From: Candidatus Uhrbacteria bacterium
GTDB lineage: Bacteria > Patescibacteriota > Patescibacteriia > UBA9934
Direction of reading: 5' to 3'
Length of the DNA stretch: 58,513 bases
NCBI GenBank assembly: GCA_003518105.1
Contig: DOZH01000006.1
Span: 1 to 58,513, forward strand
Numbering within the stretch: position 1 is the first letter of the stretch; the number at the start of each line of letters is the position of its first letter. This document shows, in pieces, positions 37,653 to 47,588 of the stretch. The translations under genes and the position numbers were made by a program. Below the pieces are notes generated by a model. The model did no database searches. It worked only from the letters and a program-made list of their open reading frames with translations, and had not been told where the DNA came from.

Positions 37653-38066
37653 TTACATTCGGGTAACAACTTTGGTCTGAACTGGAAGTTTGTGCATGGC
37701 CAAGCGGAAAGCTTCTTTAGCTGTGGCTTCGTCGACACCGTCCATTTCGAACATGACTGTACCAGCACGAACTGGGGTCATGTAATAATCGACGGCACCT
37801 TTTCCTTTACCCATAGGAGTTTCCGAACCGTGGTTCGTAACTGGATGGTCGGGGAAAATGCGGATCCAGATTTTGCCACCGCGCTTGACGGCACGCGTCA
37901 TAGCGCGACGAGCAGCTTCGATCTGACGAGCTGTGACCCAACCTTCGGTGATGGCCTTAAGACCAAAGAAACCAAAGGCGACACTGACTTTTTGCGTAGC
38001 CAAGCGATCACCCTGCGTGTGACGCTTCTGCCACTTGCGATATTTCATCTTTTTAGGAAGCAACAT
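37653..38066 (-). CDS. rplP: 50S ribosomal protein L16
   Basis: [26 protein letters not shown]. Confidence 0.97.
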   Translation of the reverse strand: MLLPKKMKYRKWQKRHTQGDRLATQKVSVAFGFFGLKAITEGWVTARQIEAARRAMTRAVKRGGKIWIRIFPDHPVTNHGSETPMGKGKGAVDYYMTPVRAGTVMFEMDGVDEATAKEAFRLAMHKLPVQTKVVTRM

Positions 38067-38075
38067 ACAAATGGG

Positions 38076-38819
38076 TTAAGCGCGACGCGCTGCTGGACGA
38101 CCACCCTTAGAAGGTGCGCGGCCTTGATTTGGACTTGGGTTTGGAACACGAGGAGCAACGGCTTCGTTCTTTACTACACCGTCGAATACTTCACCGCGGT
38201 AGATCCAGACCTTGATACCAATCACACCCTGAAGTGTGGTGGCACGAATACGAGCAAACTCGATGTCGGCGCGCAAGTTGTGGAGTGGAATAGAACCTTG
38301 AGAAAGAGTTTCGACACGGGCGATTTCAGCACCGTTCAAGCGGCCAGAGAGAGTCAACTTAACTCCCTTTGCACCGGCTTTCATGACGCGTTCAATGGCC
38401 ATCTTCATGGAGCGACGGAAAGCCATGCGGCTCTCGAGTTCGCGAGCGATTTGCTCACCAACGACGACACCAGAGAGAGCGGGACGAGCGATCTCGTGAA
38501 CATTCAAGTTCATAGTGACGCGACGGCCGCGGTAGAACTCGCCCATGAGCTTCTTCTTAAGCTCTTCGATACCAGCGCCGGCGCGTCCGATGACGAAACC
38601 AGGCTTGGCGGCGTAGATGTTGACGGTGACGTTCTTGGGCGTACGGTCGATTTCGATATGGTCGACACCGGCGTCGCGCAAGTTCTTGCGGAGATAGTCA
38701 CGAATGCGGACGTCTTCCGAAAGAGAGGTCACGAACTGCTTGCCCTTGGCAAACCATTTGGATTCCCAGCCGTAGATTGTCCAGAGACGAAAGGCTCGTG
38801 GATGTACTTTATTTCCCAT
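38076..38819 (-). CDS. rpsC: 30S ribosomal protein S3
   Basis: MGNKVHP, SGRLNGAEIAR, GVIGIKVWIY. Confidence 0.97.
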   Translation of the reverse strand: MGNKVHPRAFRLWTIYGWESKWFAKGKQFVTSLSEDVRIRDYLRKNLRDAGVDHIEIDRTPKNVTVNIYAAKPGFVIGRAGAGIEELKKKLMGEFYRGRRVTMNLNVHEIARPALSGVVVGEQIARELESRMAFRRSMKMAIERVMKAGAKGVKLTLSGRLNGAEIARVETLSQGSIPLHNLRADIEFARIRATTLQGVIGIKVWIYRGEVFDGVVKNEAVAPRVPNPSPNQGRAPSKGGRPAARRA

Positions 38820-38822
38820 AGG

Positions 38823-39158
38823 TTAGGCTTTAGGCGCAACCACGATGGTGATATGCGACATACGATGACGAATTGGAGTGGCACGACCGTGGGCTTTTGG
38901 CGTGAAGCGGAAGAAGGAAGGACCTTCGTCAACCCAAGCCTTGGTGACCACGAGACTGGCTGGATCAAGTTTCAAGTTCTCCGTAGCGTTGGCCACGGCA
39001 GAGTTGAGAACCTTGAGGATTGGGAGAGATGATTGCTTTTTGGAGAATGTTAACTGCGCGCGGGCTGCAGCCACGTTAAGACCGCGAACGAGTGCCACAA
39101 GCAACCGCGTTTTTCGCGGGGCCATGCGGACAAATCGTGCTTTTGCAAAGGCTTCCAT
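38823..39158 (-). CDS. rplV: 50S ribosomal protein L22
   Basis: RMAPRKTR, SAVANA, VDEGP, SHITIVV. Confidence 0.96.
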   Translation of the reverse strand: MEAFAKARFVRMAPRKTRLLVALVRGLNVAAARAQLTFSKKQSSLPILKVLNSAVANATENLKLDPASLVVTKAWVDEGPSFFRFTPKAHGRATPIRHRMSHITIVVAPKA

Positions 39159-39167
39159 AAGACGGTA

Positions 39168-39494
39168 TTAACGGGTGAGCTTTTTGGCGGCAGGAGCAGG
39201 TGCTCCCTTCGCGGCTGGAGCGGCAGCAGCGGCTGCGGCCTTACCAGCGTGACGAACGAACTTACGAGTTGGTGAAAATTCACCAAGCTTGTGTCCAACC
39301 ATGTTCTCGACGACACGGACAGGAATGAAATCCTTACCGTTATGGACGGCGATGGTGAATCCAACCATTTCTGGTGTGATTGAACAAGCGCGGGCCCAGG
39401 TTTTGATAATGGTCTTATCGCCTTGGCGGAGCTTACCAACTTTGATGGCGAGCTTAGCGTCGACGTAAGGACCTTTTTTGATGCTACGAGACAT
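39168..39494 (-). CDS. rpsS: 30S ribosomal protein S19
   Basis: [23 protein letters not shown]. Confidence 0.97.
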   Translation of the reverse strand: MSRSIKKGPYVDAKLAIKVGKLRQGDKTIIKTWARACSITPEMVGFTIAVHNGKDFIPVRVVENMVGHKLGEFSPTRKFVRHAGKAAAAAAAPAAKGAPAPAAKKLTR

Positions 39495-39497
39495 AGA

Positions 39498-40343
39498 TTA
39501 AACGCCACTCTTCTTAGCGCCACGGCGGCGGACAATGAACTTGTCAGTGCTGGTGCGACGACGTGACTTAACACCGTGCGCTGGCTTACCCTGTGGGGTC
39601 TTAGCGTGCTTGAGACCAATGGAGTTACGAGCCTCACCACCACCGTGTGGGTGATCGACTGGGTTCATAGCCTTACCACGAACGGTTGGGCGAATAGAAC
39701 GGTGACGGGTGCGGCCGGCTTTACCCCAACGGACTAAGCGCCAGTCTGGGTTGCTGACCGTACCAATGCTGGCCATACAGGTCCTTGGGACCATGCGCAT
39801 TTCGCCACTTGGCAATTTGAGCGTGGCCATTTCACCTTCGATGGCGAGGAGCATGGCACTAGTGCCGGCACCACGAACCATCTGGGAGCCACGACCTGGC
39901 TGCAATTCAACGTTGTAAATGGTCATACCAACTGGAATCTTCTCCAGTGGGAAACGGTTACCAACGCTTGGTTCACCCTTCTCTTTCGAGCTGACGAAGA
40001 CGGCACCAACGGTGACACCTTCTGGGGCTAGGACGTAACGCTTTTCACCGTCCTTGTAGGCGACGAGAGCGATACGAGCACCGCGGTTTGGATCGTATTC
40101 GATGGTCTGAACAGTGCAAGGGATGTCGTACTTCTCTTGCTTCCAGTCGATGGTACGGATGTGACGCTTAGCACCACCACCACGATGACGAACGCTGATC
40201 TGACCACTGCTACCACGACCGGCATTCTCTTTCTTCGAGACGAGCAACTTCTTGTATGGCTCGTTGGTGGTCAAGTCTTTGAACGATTGAACGCTCGAGA
40301 CGCGACGACCAGCTGAGGTTGGTTTATAAATCTTGATTGCCAT
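39498..40343 (-). CDS. rplB: 50S ribosomal protein L2
   Basis: IEYDPNR, AMNPVDHPHGGGE. Confidence 0.98.
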   Translation of the reverse strand: MAIKIYKPTSAGRRVSSVQSFKDLTTNEPYKKLLVSKKENAGRGSSGQISVRHRGGGAKRHIRTIDWKQEKYDIPCTVQTIEYDPNRGARIALVAYKDGEKRYVLAPEGVTVGAVFVSSKEKGEPSVGNRFPLEKIPVGMTIYNVELQPGRGSQMVRGAGTSAMLLAIEGEMATLKLPSGEMRMVPRTCMASIGTVSNPDWRLVRWGKAGRTRHRSIRPTVRGKAMNPVDHPHGGGEARNSIGLKHAKTPQGKPAHGVKSRRRTSTDKFIVRRRGAKKSGV

Positions 40344-40352
40344 ACAAGGGGG

Positions 40353-40778
40353 TTAGACCGTTTCGAAGATGTCGAGGTGACTGCCCAATGGCAAGGTCAC
40401 GAGCGCCTTCTTCAGGTTATTGGTGCGACCATTGAAACGACCGAAGCGACGAGCGGTGCCACGGATGTTCATGATATTCACCTTAACTGGGGTGACGTTG
40501 TACAACTCACGAATAGCCTGCTTGACCGTGATGCGGTTGGCGTCGACGGCGACGTAGAAGGCGTAAACGTTCTTAGCGGCCAACATCGCTGACTTCTCGC
40601 TAGCAACTGGGCCGACGATGGTGCGAGCAGTGAGAACCGAGAGCGAACGAGCGGCGCGAGTGGTTTTGACAGGAGCAGTAGCTTCCACGACCTTAGCAGC
40701 TTTGACCGACTTTTTGATTGGCTTAGCAGCGGCGTCTGGAGCGTTGTCCTTTTTGGCTGTTTTCTTAAAAATTGGCAT
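40353..40778 (-). CDS. rplW: 50S ribosomal protein L23 (Lys/Ala-rich N-terminal extension)
   Basis: PVASEKS, KVNIMNIRG, KKALVTL. Confidence 0.92.
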   Translation of the reverse strand: MPIFKKTAKKDNAPDAAAKPIKKSVKAAKVVEATAPVKTTRAARSLSVLTARTIVGPVASEKSAMLAAKNVYAFYVAVDANRITVKQAIRELYNVTPVKVNIMNIRGTARRFGRFNGRTNNLKKALVTLPLGSHLDIFETV

Positions 40779-40779
40779 A

Positions 40780-41412
40780 TTACGAGGCAAAGGTTTCCGT
40801 CATCGCGGCCAAACCGGCAGCTGACACGATCAGGAAACGATACTTGACGATGTCGCGGACGTTGAGACTACCAGCGCGGATGATTTCCGTTCCTTCGATA
40901 TTCTTAGCGGCGCGGGCCATCATTTCTTCACCCGGGGCCAACACGAGCAAGGCGGACTGCTTGGCACCTGGCAAGGCCTGGCGCATAGCGGCGACCAACT
41001 TGGTCTTGGCGGCTGGCAAGGTGAAATCCTTGACGGCGATCAGGGCACTGTCTTGAACCTTGTCGGTTAGGACCATGCAGAGAGCCAAACGCTTAGTGCT
41101 CTTGTTAACTTTGAGGGTGTAGACGCGATCCTTGATTGGACCGAAGGTGACACCACCACCCGACCAGATTGGTGAACGGGAGGAACCGTGACGAGCACGA
41201 CCGGTGCCCTTCTGACGCCATGGCTTCTTACCACCACCGCGGACTTCACTGCGGTCTTTGGTGTGGGCGAGGACCTGACGGCTGTTAGCATCTTGAGCGA
41301 CAATCACGGAGTGAATGACGCTCTTTTTTGGTTTGACGGCAAAGAGTGCGTCGGACAGGGTAAGCTGACCGGCTGACGAGCCATCGAGATTATAGAGGTT
41401 TACTTCTGCCAT
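40780..41412 (-). CDS. rplD: 50S ribosomal protein L4
   Basis: KPWRQKGTGRARHGS, GGGVTFGP. Confidence 0.97.
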   Translation of the reverse strand: MAEVNLYNLDGSSAGQLTLSDALFAVKPKKSVIHSVIVAQDANSRQVLAHTKDRSEVRGGGKKPWRQKGTGRARHGSSRSPIWSGGGVTFGPIKDRVYTLKVNKSTKRLALCMVLTDKVQDSALIAVKDFTLPAAKTKLVAAMRQALPGAKQSALLVLAPGEEMMARAAKNIEGTEIIRAGSLNVRDIVKYRFLIVSAAGLAAMTETFAS

Positions 41413-42023
41413 ACATTTCCTTCAGTGGCGAATATCGTGATAGCACTGTTACGTGCTCCAGGAATGGCACCTTTGATAGCGATAATGTTCTTTTCCACGT
41501 CGATCGACACAACTTCGAGGTTCTTGACCGTGACCCGATTGCCACCCATGCGGCCGGCCATGCGCATTCCTTTGAACACGCGCTGGATGCCACCGGCTCC
41601 AATGGAACCGGACTTACGCAATTGGTCTTTGTGACCGTGCGTAGAAGGGTGACCGCGGAAGCCGTGACGTTTGACCACACCCTGGAAACCACGACCCTTG
41701 GCCGTACCCACGATGTTGACCATGTCGCCCAGGGCGAACACGTTAGCGTCTAGCTTAGCTCCACGTTCGACCGTTTCGCCCTCAGCGAGAGGAAACTCTT
41801 GAGTTTCACGGAAGTTGCCAAGATCTCCGAACTGTCCTTGTTGTGCCTTGTTGAGGAGGTGACGAGTGCCGAACCCGAGGACCATCGTAGTTTTGCCGTT
41901 AGGCGAAACGCGTGTGGCGACCACGGTGCAAGGACCAGCCTCTACCAAGGTGACTGGGATAACGTTGCCGTTGTCCGCAAACACCTGTGACATGGCGATT
42001 TTTTTACCGAGAAGTACCTTCAT
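41400..42023 (-). CDS. rplC: 50S ribosomal protein L3
   Basis: KGRGFQGVVKRHGF, GMRMAGRMG. Confidence 0.97.
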   Translation of the reverse strand: MKVLLGKKIAMSQVFADNGNVIPVTLVEAGPCTVVATRVSPNGKTTMVLGFGTRHLLNKAQQGQFGDLGNFRETQEFPLAEGETVERGAKLDANVFALGDMVNIVGTAKGRGFQGVVKRHGFRGHPSTHGHKDQLRKSGSIGAGGIQRVFKGMRMAGRMGGNRVTVKNLEVVSIDVEKNIIAIKGAIPGARNSAITIFATEGNVWQK

Positions 42024-42320
42024 AAAGTGAGTCAACCGTTGGAGCACTTAAGGTTGGGGGGCCTGATAACGAAAAAGCGTGAAGTTGCATTAAAATGCAG
42101 CTTCCGCCTTCAGCAGTTACCCTTCCTAAAATTGCTGTCGGTCTTTGATTAATCTGAGTTGTAAAACTTCTAGAACACTCTCGCGAAGCTGCGGTAAGGT
42201 TTTCTCACGGTGAGATCTTTCTTTCCGGTTCACTATTGAGTGGGATGTCCGAGCCTCCGTGCTGTGCTCGCCCTAAATATTCAGGAGTCGAGGACATGAC
42301 GGAGGCTCGGACGGGTAAAA

Positions 42321-42665
42321 TTACATTTTGATTTCGATGTCGACGCCGGCTGGCAAGTTGAGTGACATGAGGGCGTCGATGGTGCGCTCTGTTGGACCGA
42401 CAATGTCGATGATGCGCTTGTGGATACGCATTTCGTACTGGTCGCGGGAAGTCTTGTCGATGAAGGTTGAACGGTTCACCGTGTAGCGACGTCGTTCCGT
42501 AGGCAATGGCACTGGACCAATGACCGTAGCACCAGAACGGATGGCCGTTTTGATGATGGTGTCCGTGGCGGTGTCGATGATCTTGTGATCATAGGCCTTG
42601 ATACGGATACGAATGCGCTGTTTAGGAGCTTCCGCTTCAGTAGTTGTCTTTTTGGTGTCAGTCAT
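42321..42665 (-). CDS. rpsJ: 30S ribosomal protein S10
   Basis: [27 protein letters not shown]. Confidence 0.97.
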   Translation of the reverse strand: MTDTKKTTTEAEAPKQRIRIRIKAYDHKIIDTATDTIIKTAIRSGATVIGPVPLPTERRRYTVNRSTFIDKTSRDQYEMRIHKRIIDIVGPTERTIDALMSLNLPAGVDIEIKM

Positions 42666-42693
42666 AAGAGCAAAGAAAGAACAAGGTAACTAA

Positions 42694-43884
42694 TTACTCA
42701 ATGATTTTGACAACCACACCAGCGCCGACGGTACGGCCACCTTCGCGGATAGCGAAGCGCATCTTGTCTTCCAAGGCGACTGGGTTGATGAGGGTAACGG
42801 TACAGTTGACGGTGTCACCTGGCATAACCATTTCGGTGCCTTCTGGAAGGGTGATTTCACCAGTTACGTCCGTAGTACGGATGTAGAACTGTGGCTTGTA
42901 GCCCTTGAAGAATGGCTTGTGACGACCACCTTCTTCCTTGGTCAAAGCGATGATTTCAGCTTCGAACTTGGTGTGTGGCTTGACCGAACCTGGTTTGGCC
43001 AAAACCTGACCGCGCTGTACGTCTTCCTTCTTAATACCACGGATCAAGATACCAGCGTTGTCGCCAGCCATACCGGAATCCAAAGACTTGTTAAACATTT
43101 CGATACCAGTAACGGTGGTCTTGGCGGTGTCGACGATACCGACGATTTCTACTTCTTCACCAACCTTGATCTGACCGCGCTCGATACGACCGGTAACGAC
43201 GGTACCACGACCTTCAATGGAGAAGACGTCTTCGATAGGCATCAAGAAAGTCTTGTCGAGGTCGCGGACTGGTTCTGGGACGTAGGCGTCCAAAGCGTCC
43301 AAAAGGTCGCGGATTGGCTTGCTGGCAACTTCGTCAGCTGGAGCGGCCAAGGCCTTGGAGGAAGAACCGCGGATCACAGGAACGGTGTCGCCTGGGAAAT
43401 CGTACTTCTTCAAAAGGTCGCGAACTTCCTGTTCGACGAGGTCGATAAGTTCTGGGTCGTCAACCATGTCAACCTTGTTCAAGTAGACAACGATAGTTGG
43501 CACACCAACCTGCTTGGCCAAAAGAATGTGCTCGCGGGTCTGTGGCATTGGACCGTCAGCAGCAGAAACTACGAGAATAGCGGCGTCCATCTGGGCAGCA
43601 CCAGTGATCATGTTCTTCACATAGTCAGCGTGGCCTGGACAGTCGACGTGAGCGTAGTGACGCTTGGCAGTCTCGTATTCACAGTGGGCGGTAGAAATAG
43701 TGATACCGCGGGCCTTGGATTCAGGTGATTTGTCCAAACCGTCCATGCCCTTTGTAGAGGCAGAGTTACCCATAGCTGCGGCTACCGCCAAAATAGCTGC
43801 CGTAGTGGTGGTCTTTCCGTGGTCGACGTGACCAATGGTACCAACGTTAACGTGCGGTTTTGCTCGGGAGAACTGTTCGGCCAT
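42694..43884 (-). CDS. tuf: elongation factor Tu
   Basis: [35 protein letters not shown]. Confidence 0.98.
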   Translation of the reverse strand: MAEQFSRAKPHVNVGTIGHVDHGKTTTTAAILAVAAAMGNSASTKGMDGLDKSPESKARGITISTAHCEYETAKRHYAHVDCPGHADYVKNMITGAAQMDAAILVVSAADGPMPQTREHILLAKQVGVPTIVVYLNKVDMVDDPELIDLVEQEVRDLLKKYDFPGDTVPVIRGSSSKALAAPADEVASKPIRDLLDALDAYVPEPVRDLDKTFLMPIEDVFSIEGRGTVVTGRIERGQIKVGEEVEIVGIVDTAKTTVTGIEMFNKSLDSGMAGDNAGILIRGIKKEDVQRGQVLAKPGSVKPHTKFEAEIIALTKEEGGRHKPFFKGYKPQFYIRTTDVTGEITLPEGTEMVMPGDTVNCTVTLINPVALEDKMRFAIREGGRTVGAGVVVKIIE

Positions 43885-43953
43885 AGAAAGGTGGGCGGTC
43901 AGGAGACCTTAAATGTGAGGGATTAAAGGATTTCTTGTAAAGTACGTGGCAGG

Positions 43954-43982
43954 AGTATAGCAAAAGCTTACATTTTATGCAA
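43954..43982 (-). promoter_or_regulatory. sigma70 promoter for tuf
   Basis: TTGCAT-17 bp-TATACT. Confidence 0.7.
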
Positions 43983-44008
43983 GGGCTTTGCTGTGTTCAG
44001 GCTGACCT

Positions 44009-44557
44009 CTAAAGTGGTTCGAGGTAGAACTGCTCTTCCCCGCCGTTATTTTTGGCTTGAGCAAGCGGTTGACGGGGCGGTTCTGGGGGTCGAGTTGGAG
44101 GTGACAATGGCGTATTGACGACTGACCGAGGTTCAGCTCGTGGCTCAGCCTGCGGAACGGGACGAGGCTCGGGGCGCGGCTCGGGTTCGTAGCGAGGACT
44201 GGGGCTAGGCTCGATGATTTCGAGGACTGGTGCAGCTGGCTGGGCTAGAAAGATTGGGTCGATCTCGATTTCCCCGATTTCCTCTTCCCCTTCCGCCTGG
44301 AACTCGACCTCGACCTCCGGTTCAGCCTCCACCTCGGCTGAGCGACCATGCGGATGGCTATGACCGGCGTGGTCATGTTCGGCCTCGAGCTCAGCCATCT
44401 CCCCTTCATCCGGGCCCAAAAAGCCGTTGACCAAGGCCTCGTACTGCTCAAACGGGAGAATGACTAGTGGTTCCCCACCGGTTTGATCGGTCACGATCAG
44501 TCTATCCCCCGTCCGCCTAGCAAACCGCAAGAGTTTCTGGAATTGGTCATTGGCCAT
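44009..44557 (-). CDS. hypothetical protein with acidic and Pro-rich C-terminus
   Basis: ORF ending EEQFYLEPL. Confidence 0.75.
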   Translation of the reverse strand: MANDQFQKLLRFARRTGDRLIVTDQTGGEPLVILPFEQYEALVNGFLGPDEGEMAELEAEHDHAGHSHPHGRSAEVEAEPEVEVEFQAEGEEEIGEIEIDPIFLAQPAAPVLEIIEPSPSPRYEPEPRPEPRPVPQAEPRAEPRSVVNTPLSPPTRPPEPPRQPLAQAKNNGGEEQFYLEPL

Positions 44558-44627
44558 ATGAGGCCATCTTAGTACGATGGGCCGGAATGTCAAAACCGAG
44601 GCACGAGGCCCCGGCTTCTTCTACTGA

Positions 44628-45656
44628 CTATGCCTCGTAATCAGATAATTTTTCTCCACTTTTTTCTTCGACTGTCTGCAAGGCACTAGCTGCGGCTGCT
44701 CTCCGCTTCTGAGTTAATGAACGCTCGTCAAGACCATTAGCCACAAGCAATTCTTGTATCTTACGTTTCACAGAATCACTGTCAAGTCCCTGTTGAACAA
44801 GTGCGTCTAGTGTTAAATCGTGAGCTTCACTCTTTAGGGCATAGGCCCGATTGGCGAGACCTTGGAGTTGAGCTGCTTCTTTAAGAAGTGCGATCATTCT
44901 TGGGTCTTGATTTACGAGATCATTCACCTTGTTCTCAAAGTCGCGAGCTTGCCTTAACTCTAATGTATCCTCAGCTCTACTATCTGTAAGATGATAGGCG
45001 CTATCGCCATAAAATTGCTCTACCGCTTGAAAGGCAGGATGTGAAGTGTTGCCCTCTAGTTGCTGTGGGGTGCTGAACCTTTCGCCGGTACGTTTACTTG
45101 CGAGAAGGGCATCGACAAACCGGGTGACTATTTGGTCAGCAACCGCTGTTGTTACTTCTGTCGGGACCTCCCATGTTTGCCTAAAAACAGCGCTCTTGTC
45201 ATTATCACCATACCGCCAATCATGAATAGTCTCTTCAAGAGCAGCACGACGTTCCCCTTCTTTGATTTTTGCAAGGTAAAGCGGATGCTGCTCGATACCT
45301 TCAGCTAAAGCTAACAGGTCAGCTGGCTGCCAGTTCTCATAAGCATTTTTTTCTCCCTCCGATATTCCCTTAGCCGATACTCCCTTTTCTGCTATTTCTC
45401 TAAGTTTCTTAATTTTCTCGCCGAAGCCCCCAGTATTCCAAACTGCGATACCAGGTGTTACGTGCGGTGCTTTATTAAGCTCGGCGAGTAATTCAGCAGC
45501 TTTCATCTGAAAATCAGCCGGGCGACCTTCGCTATCTGGTAAAATTGCTAATACTTCGTTGGGGATTGCGTTGTCTGGATAATGATATTTATGATTATCG
45601 ACTAAATCAGGATCACGGTTTGGTATGCCTTCTCTCTTACCTTCACTTTTCTTCAT
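44628..45656 (-). CDS. hypothetical protein (predicted helical, AT-richer)
   Basis: Long ORF; start placed at MKKSEG. Confidence 0.75.
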   Translation of the reverse strand: MKKSEGKREGIPNRDPDLVDNHKYHYPDNAIPNEVLAILPDSEGRPADFQMKAAELLAELNKAPHVTPGIAVWNTGGFGEKIKKLREIAEKGVSAKGISEGEKNAYENWQPADLLALAEGIEQHPLYLAKIKEGERRAALEETIHDWRYGDNDKSAVFRQTWEVPTEVTTAVADQIVTRFVDALLASKRTGERFSTPQQLEGNTSHPAFQAVEQFYGDSAYHLTDSRAEDTLELRQARDFENKVNDLVNQDPRMIALLKEAAQLQGLANRAYALKSEAHDLTLDALVQQGLDSDSVKRKIQELLVANGLDERSLTQKRRAAAASALQTVEEKSGEKLSDYEA

Positions 45657-45754
45657 ACAACAACTAAAGATTAAACTTGTTAACATTTTCTCATGTACAC
45701 CCCCCCAATACAAGGTTCCCTGGGGATAAACGAAAGTGGCAGCAGTGAATTAAA

Positions 45755-46234
45755 CTAAAGTTTAGGGGCTATTCTAATACCCTCCGCAATCTGAAGGATG
45801 TGAGCTTTGGGGACGAGATAAGTGGGATAAGTAAGGCCGTCGACGAGGGTGACTTTTTGCTTGGCGAGGTGTTCCGTTTCGGCGTCGACCAAAAATTTAA
45901 GGCCGAAGAGACTGATTTTTACTTTAACTTGGACGTTATGTGACCAGGAGCCGATGAACTCCCAATCGTGAATGGCCTGACGTTGAGCGTTGGTGAGAAG
46001 CCAGAGGGTACCAGTGACGCGACTGGAGGGTTCTTTGACGATGCCATAGGAGACAAAGCTGTCGCCCCACGCCCGACGCAGCAGACGCTGAACTTTTTTG
46101 GGGATGTCGTTTAGTTGCTGGACACATAAATGCCAGCCATCGAGAGAAGCTGGTAAGTGTAAGGCGGAACGGCCAGTGATTGCCTTAATGACTGTTGCGT
46201 CGCGATTAGCACCAAAGCCGAAGTAGAGTTTCAT
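45755..46234 (-). CDS. gamma-glutamylcyclotransferase-like protein
   Basis: LYFGFGAN N-terminal motif, VTGTLWLL, IHDWE. Confidence 0.7.
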   Translation of the reverse strand: MKLYFGFGANRDATVIKAITGRSALHLPASLDGWHLCVQQLNDIPKKVQRLLRRAWGDSFVSYGIVKEPSSRVTGTLWLLTNAQRQAIHDWEFIGSWSHNVQVKVKISLFGLKFLVDAETEHLAKQKVTLVDGLTYPTYLVPKAHILQIAEGIRIAPKL

Positions 46235-46332
46235 AGGCCTGTATTGTCCCCTGTCGCAAAAAGTAACGCAACAAGTTGTGGGGATAAACGAGGAACCGTG
46301 CTAGACTGATATTAGAAGTAATTTATAGCCCT

Positions 46333-47097
46333 ATGGATAAGCAAAATAATTGGGCAGTAGCAGGCGGAATGGTGGTAATCGTAGGGGTGATTATCGCGAT
46401 CGTGCTAATGACAAGAACGTCGTTAGAGCCAGATGGCAAAGGTGACTACCCAACAAACGTGGTTGATGAGACTACAACTGGCGGTGCTGTGAAAGAGGAT
46501 CAACAGCCTGAGGTTACAGGAACGGTCTACGAAAATGCGAAGTTGAGTATTACTGTGCCAGTAGGTTGGACGGCCAGCGAAGTAATAACCAACGTCGACA
46601 GCAAATCAGATGGCGCGACCACAAAATTAAATCCGTCCGCGGTGAATATCACTAATGGCAAGTGGATTCTCTACATCAACGTCGACGCTAGCCAAGCCAG
46701 TGGTGTGGAAGGCGGACGGTTTGCGGAGATTGCTATGGGTGCGCCGAGCGTTGATGCGGTGGTGACTGTGCAACCGAATGAATGTGGCCAGACGACCAGG
46801 ACGCCGGCCTTTGATAACTACACCCGTGTTGACTATACGATTAACTATAGCTTAGCCAACGACGTTTGTAAGGCGCCGACTAATAGAACGACTGTTTGGT
46901 TCTTCTCGTATTTGACGAGTCCGGGCAATGGCTACTTTAATGATTACGTGCCAGGTCAGAATCCTGGCTTGGTCGTGACGATGGCGTATAACGACACGGT
47001 CGTGAATGACTTCCCTGTTGCTGAATCAGATGAACTGACCGTAGCGCTTAAGGAAATGACGGATATTGCGAGTACGTTGAAGGTGAAGAATCGCTAG
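46333..47097 (+). CDS. membrane-anchored/exported hypothetical protein
   Basis: N-terminal transmembrane segment, Thr/Val-rich body. Confidence 0.75.
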   Translation: MDKQNNWAVAGGMVVIVGVIIAIVLMTRTSLEPDGKGDYPTNVVDETTTGGAVKEDQQPEVTGTVYENAKLSITVPVGWTASEVITNVDSKSDGATTKLNPSAVNITNGKWILYINVDASQASGVEGGRFAEIAMGAPSVDAVVTVQPNECGQTTRTPAFDNYTRVDYTINYSLANDVCKAPTNRTTVWFFSYLTSPGNGYFNDYVPGQNPGLVVTMAYNDTVVNDFPVAESDELTVALKEMTDIASTLKVKNR

Positions 47098-47112
47098 ATG
47101 ACAAATTAAATT

Positions 47113-47143
47113 CACGTCCCGGACGAGCCTCGTCCGGGACGTG
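47113..47143. terminator. perfect 15-bp palindrome between convergent genes
   Basis: CACGTCCCGGACGAG-C-CTCGTCCGGGACGTG. Confidence 0.7.
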
Positions 47144-47150
47144 AATTGTT

Positions 47151-47585
47151 TTAGTGAGCGATGGCAGCGAGAGCCCTGGCTTGCTGGGCTGGCGTGCGGT
47201 GTTCCGCAGTGAAGGTTTCGGATACGAGGAGATCTGCAGCGTCGTCGTGTTGTTTGCTGGCGAGGTGGATGGCGTCAAGGATAGCGTCGAGCTCGGCGAG
47301 CTGGGACGCGATGGCATATTGCTTGACGTTGTGAATTTCTTGCGACATGTCATGAAGTGATGAACTATCAAGGTGGCGGCCGTCGGCGAAAGCGGTGAAG
47401 ACTGGTTGCAGGCGTTGTAGTTTGGCGATGTGTGACTTGTCGATATACTGCGCGATGATAGCTGGGATGATACTGTCAGCGATATGGCTGGCGTGTTTGG
47501 CGATGGCGACTAGGCGTTCGTGACGAGCAGGGTCGGGTTGTTCGGGCTGTGCGCATGAATGCATCATATGGATAGATTCTACCAT
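47151..47585 (-). CDS. hypothetical protein sharing a C-terminal module with the upstream gene
   Basis: ASKQHDDAADLLVSETF resembles AAKQYDDASALLDSETF. Confidence 0.65.
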   Translation of the reverse strand: MVESIHMMHSCAQPEQPDPARHERLVAIAKHASHIADSIIPAIIAQYIDKSHIAKLQRLQPVFTAFADGRHLDSSSLHDMSQEIHNVKQYAIASQLAELDAILDAIHLASKQHDDAADLLVSETFTAEHRTPAQQARALAAIAH

Positions 47586-47588
47586 ATA

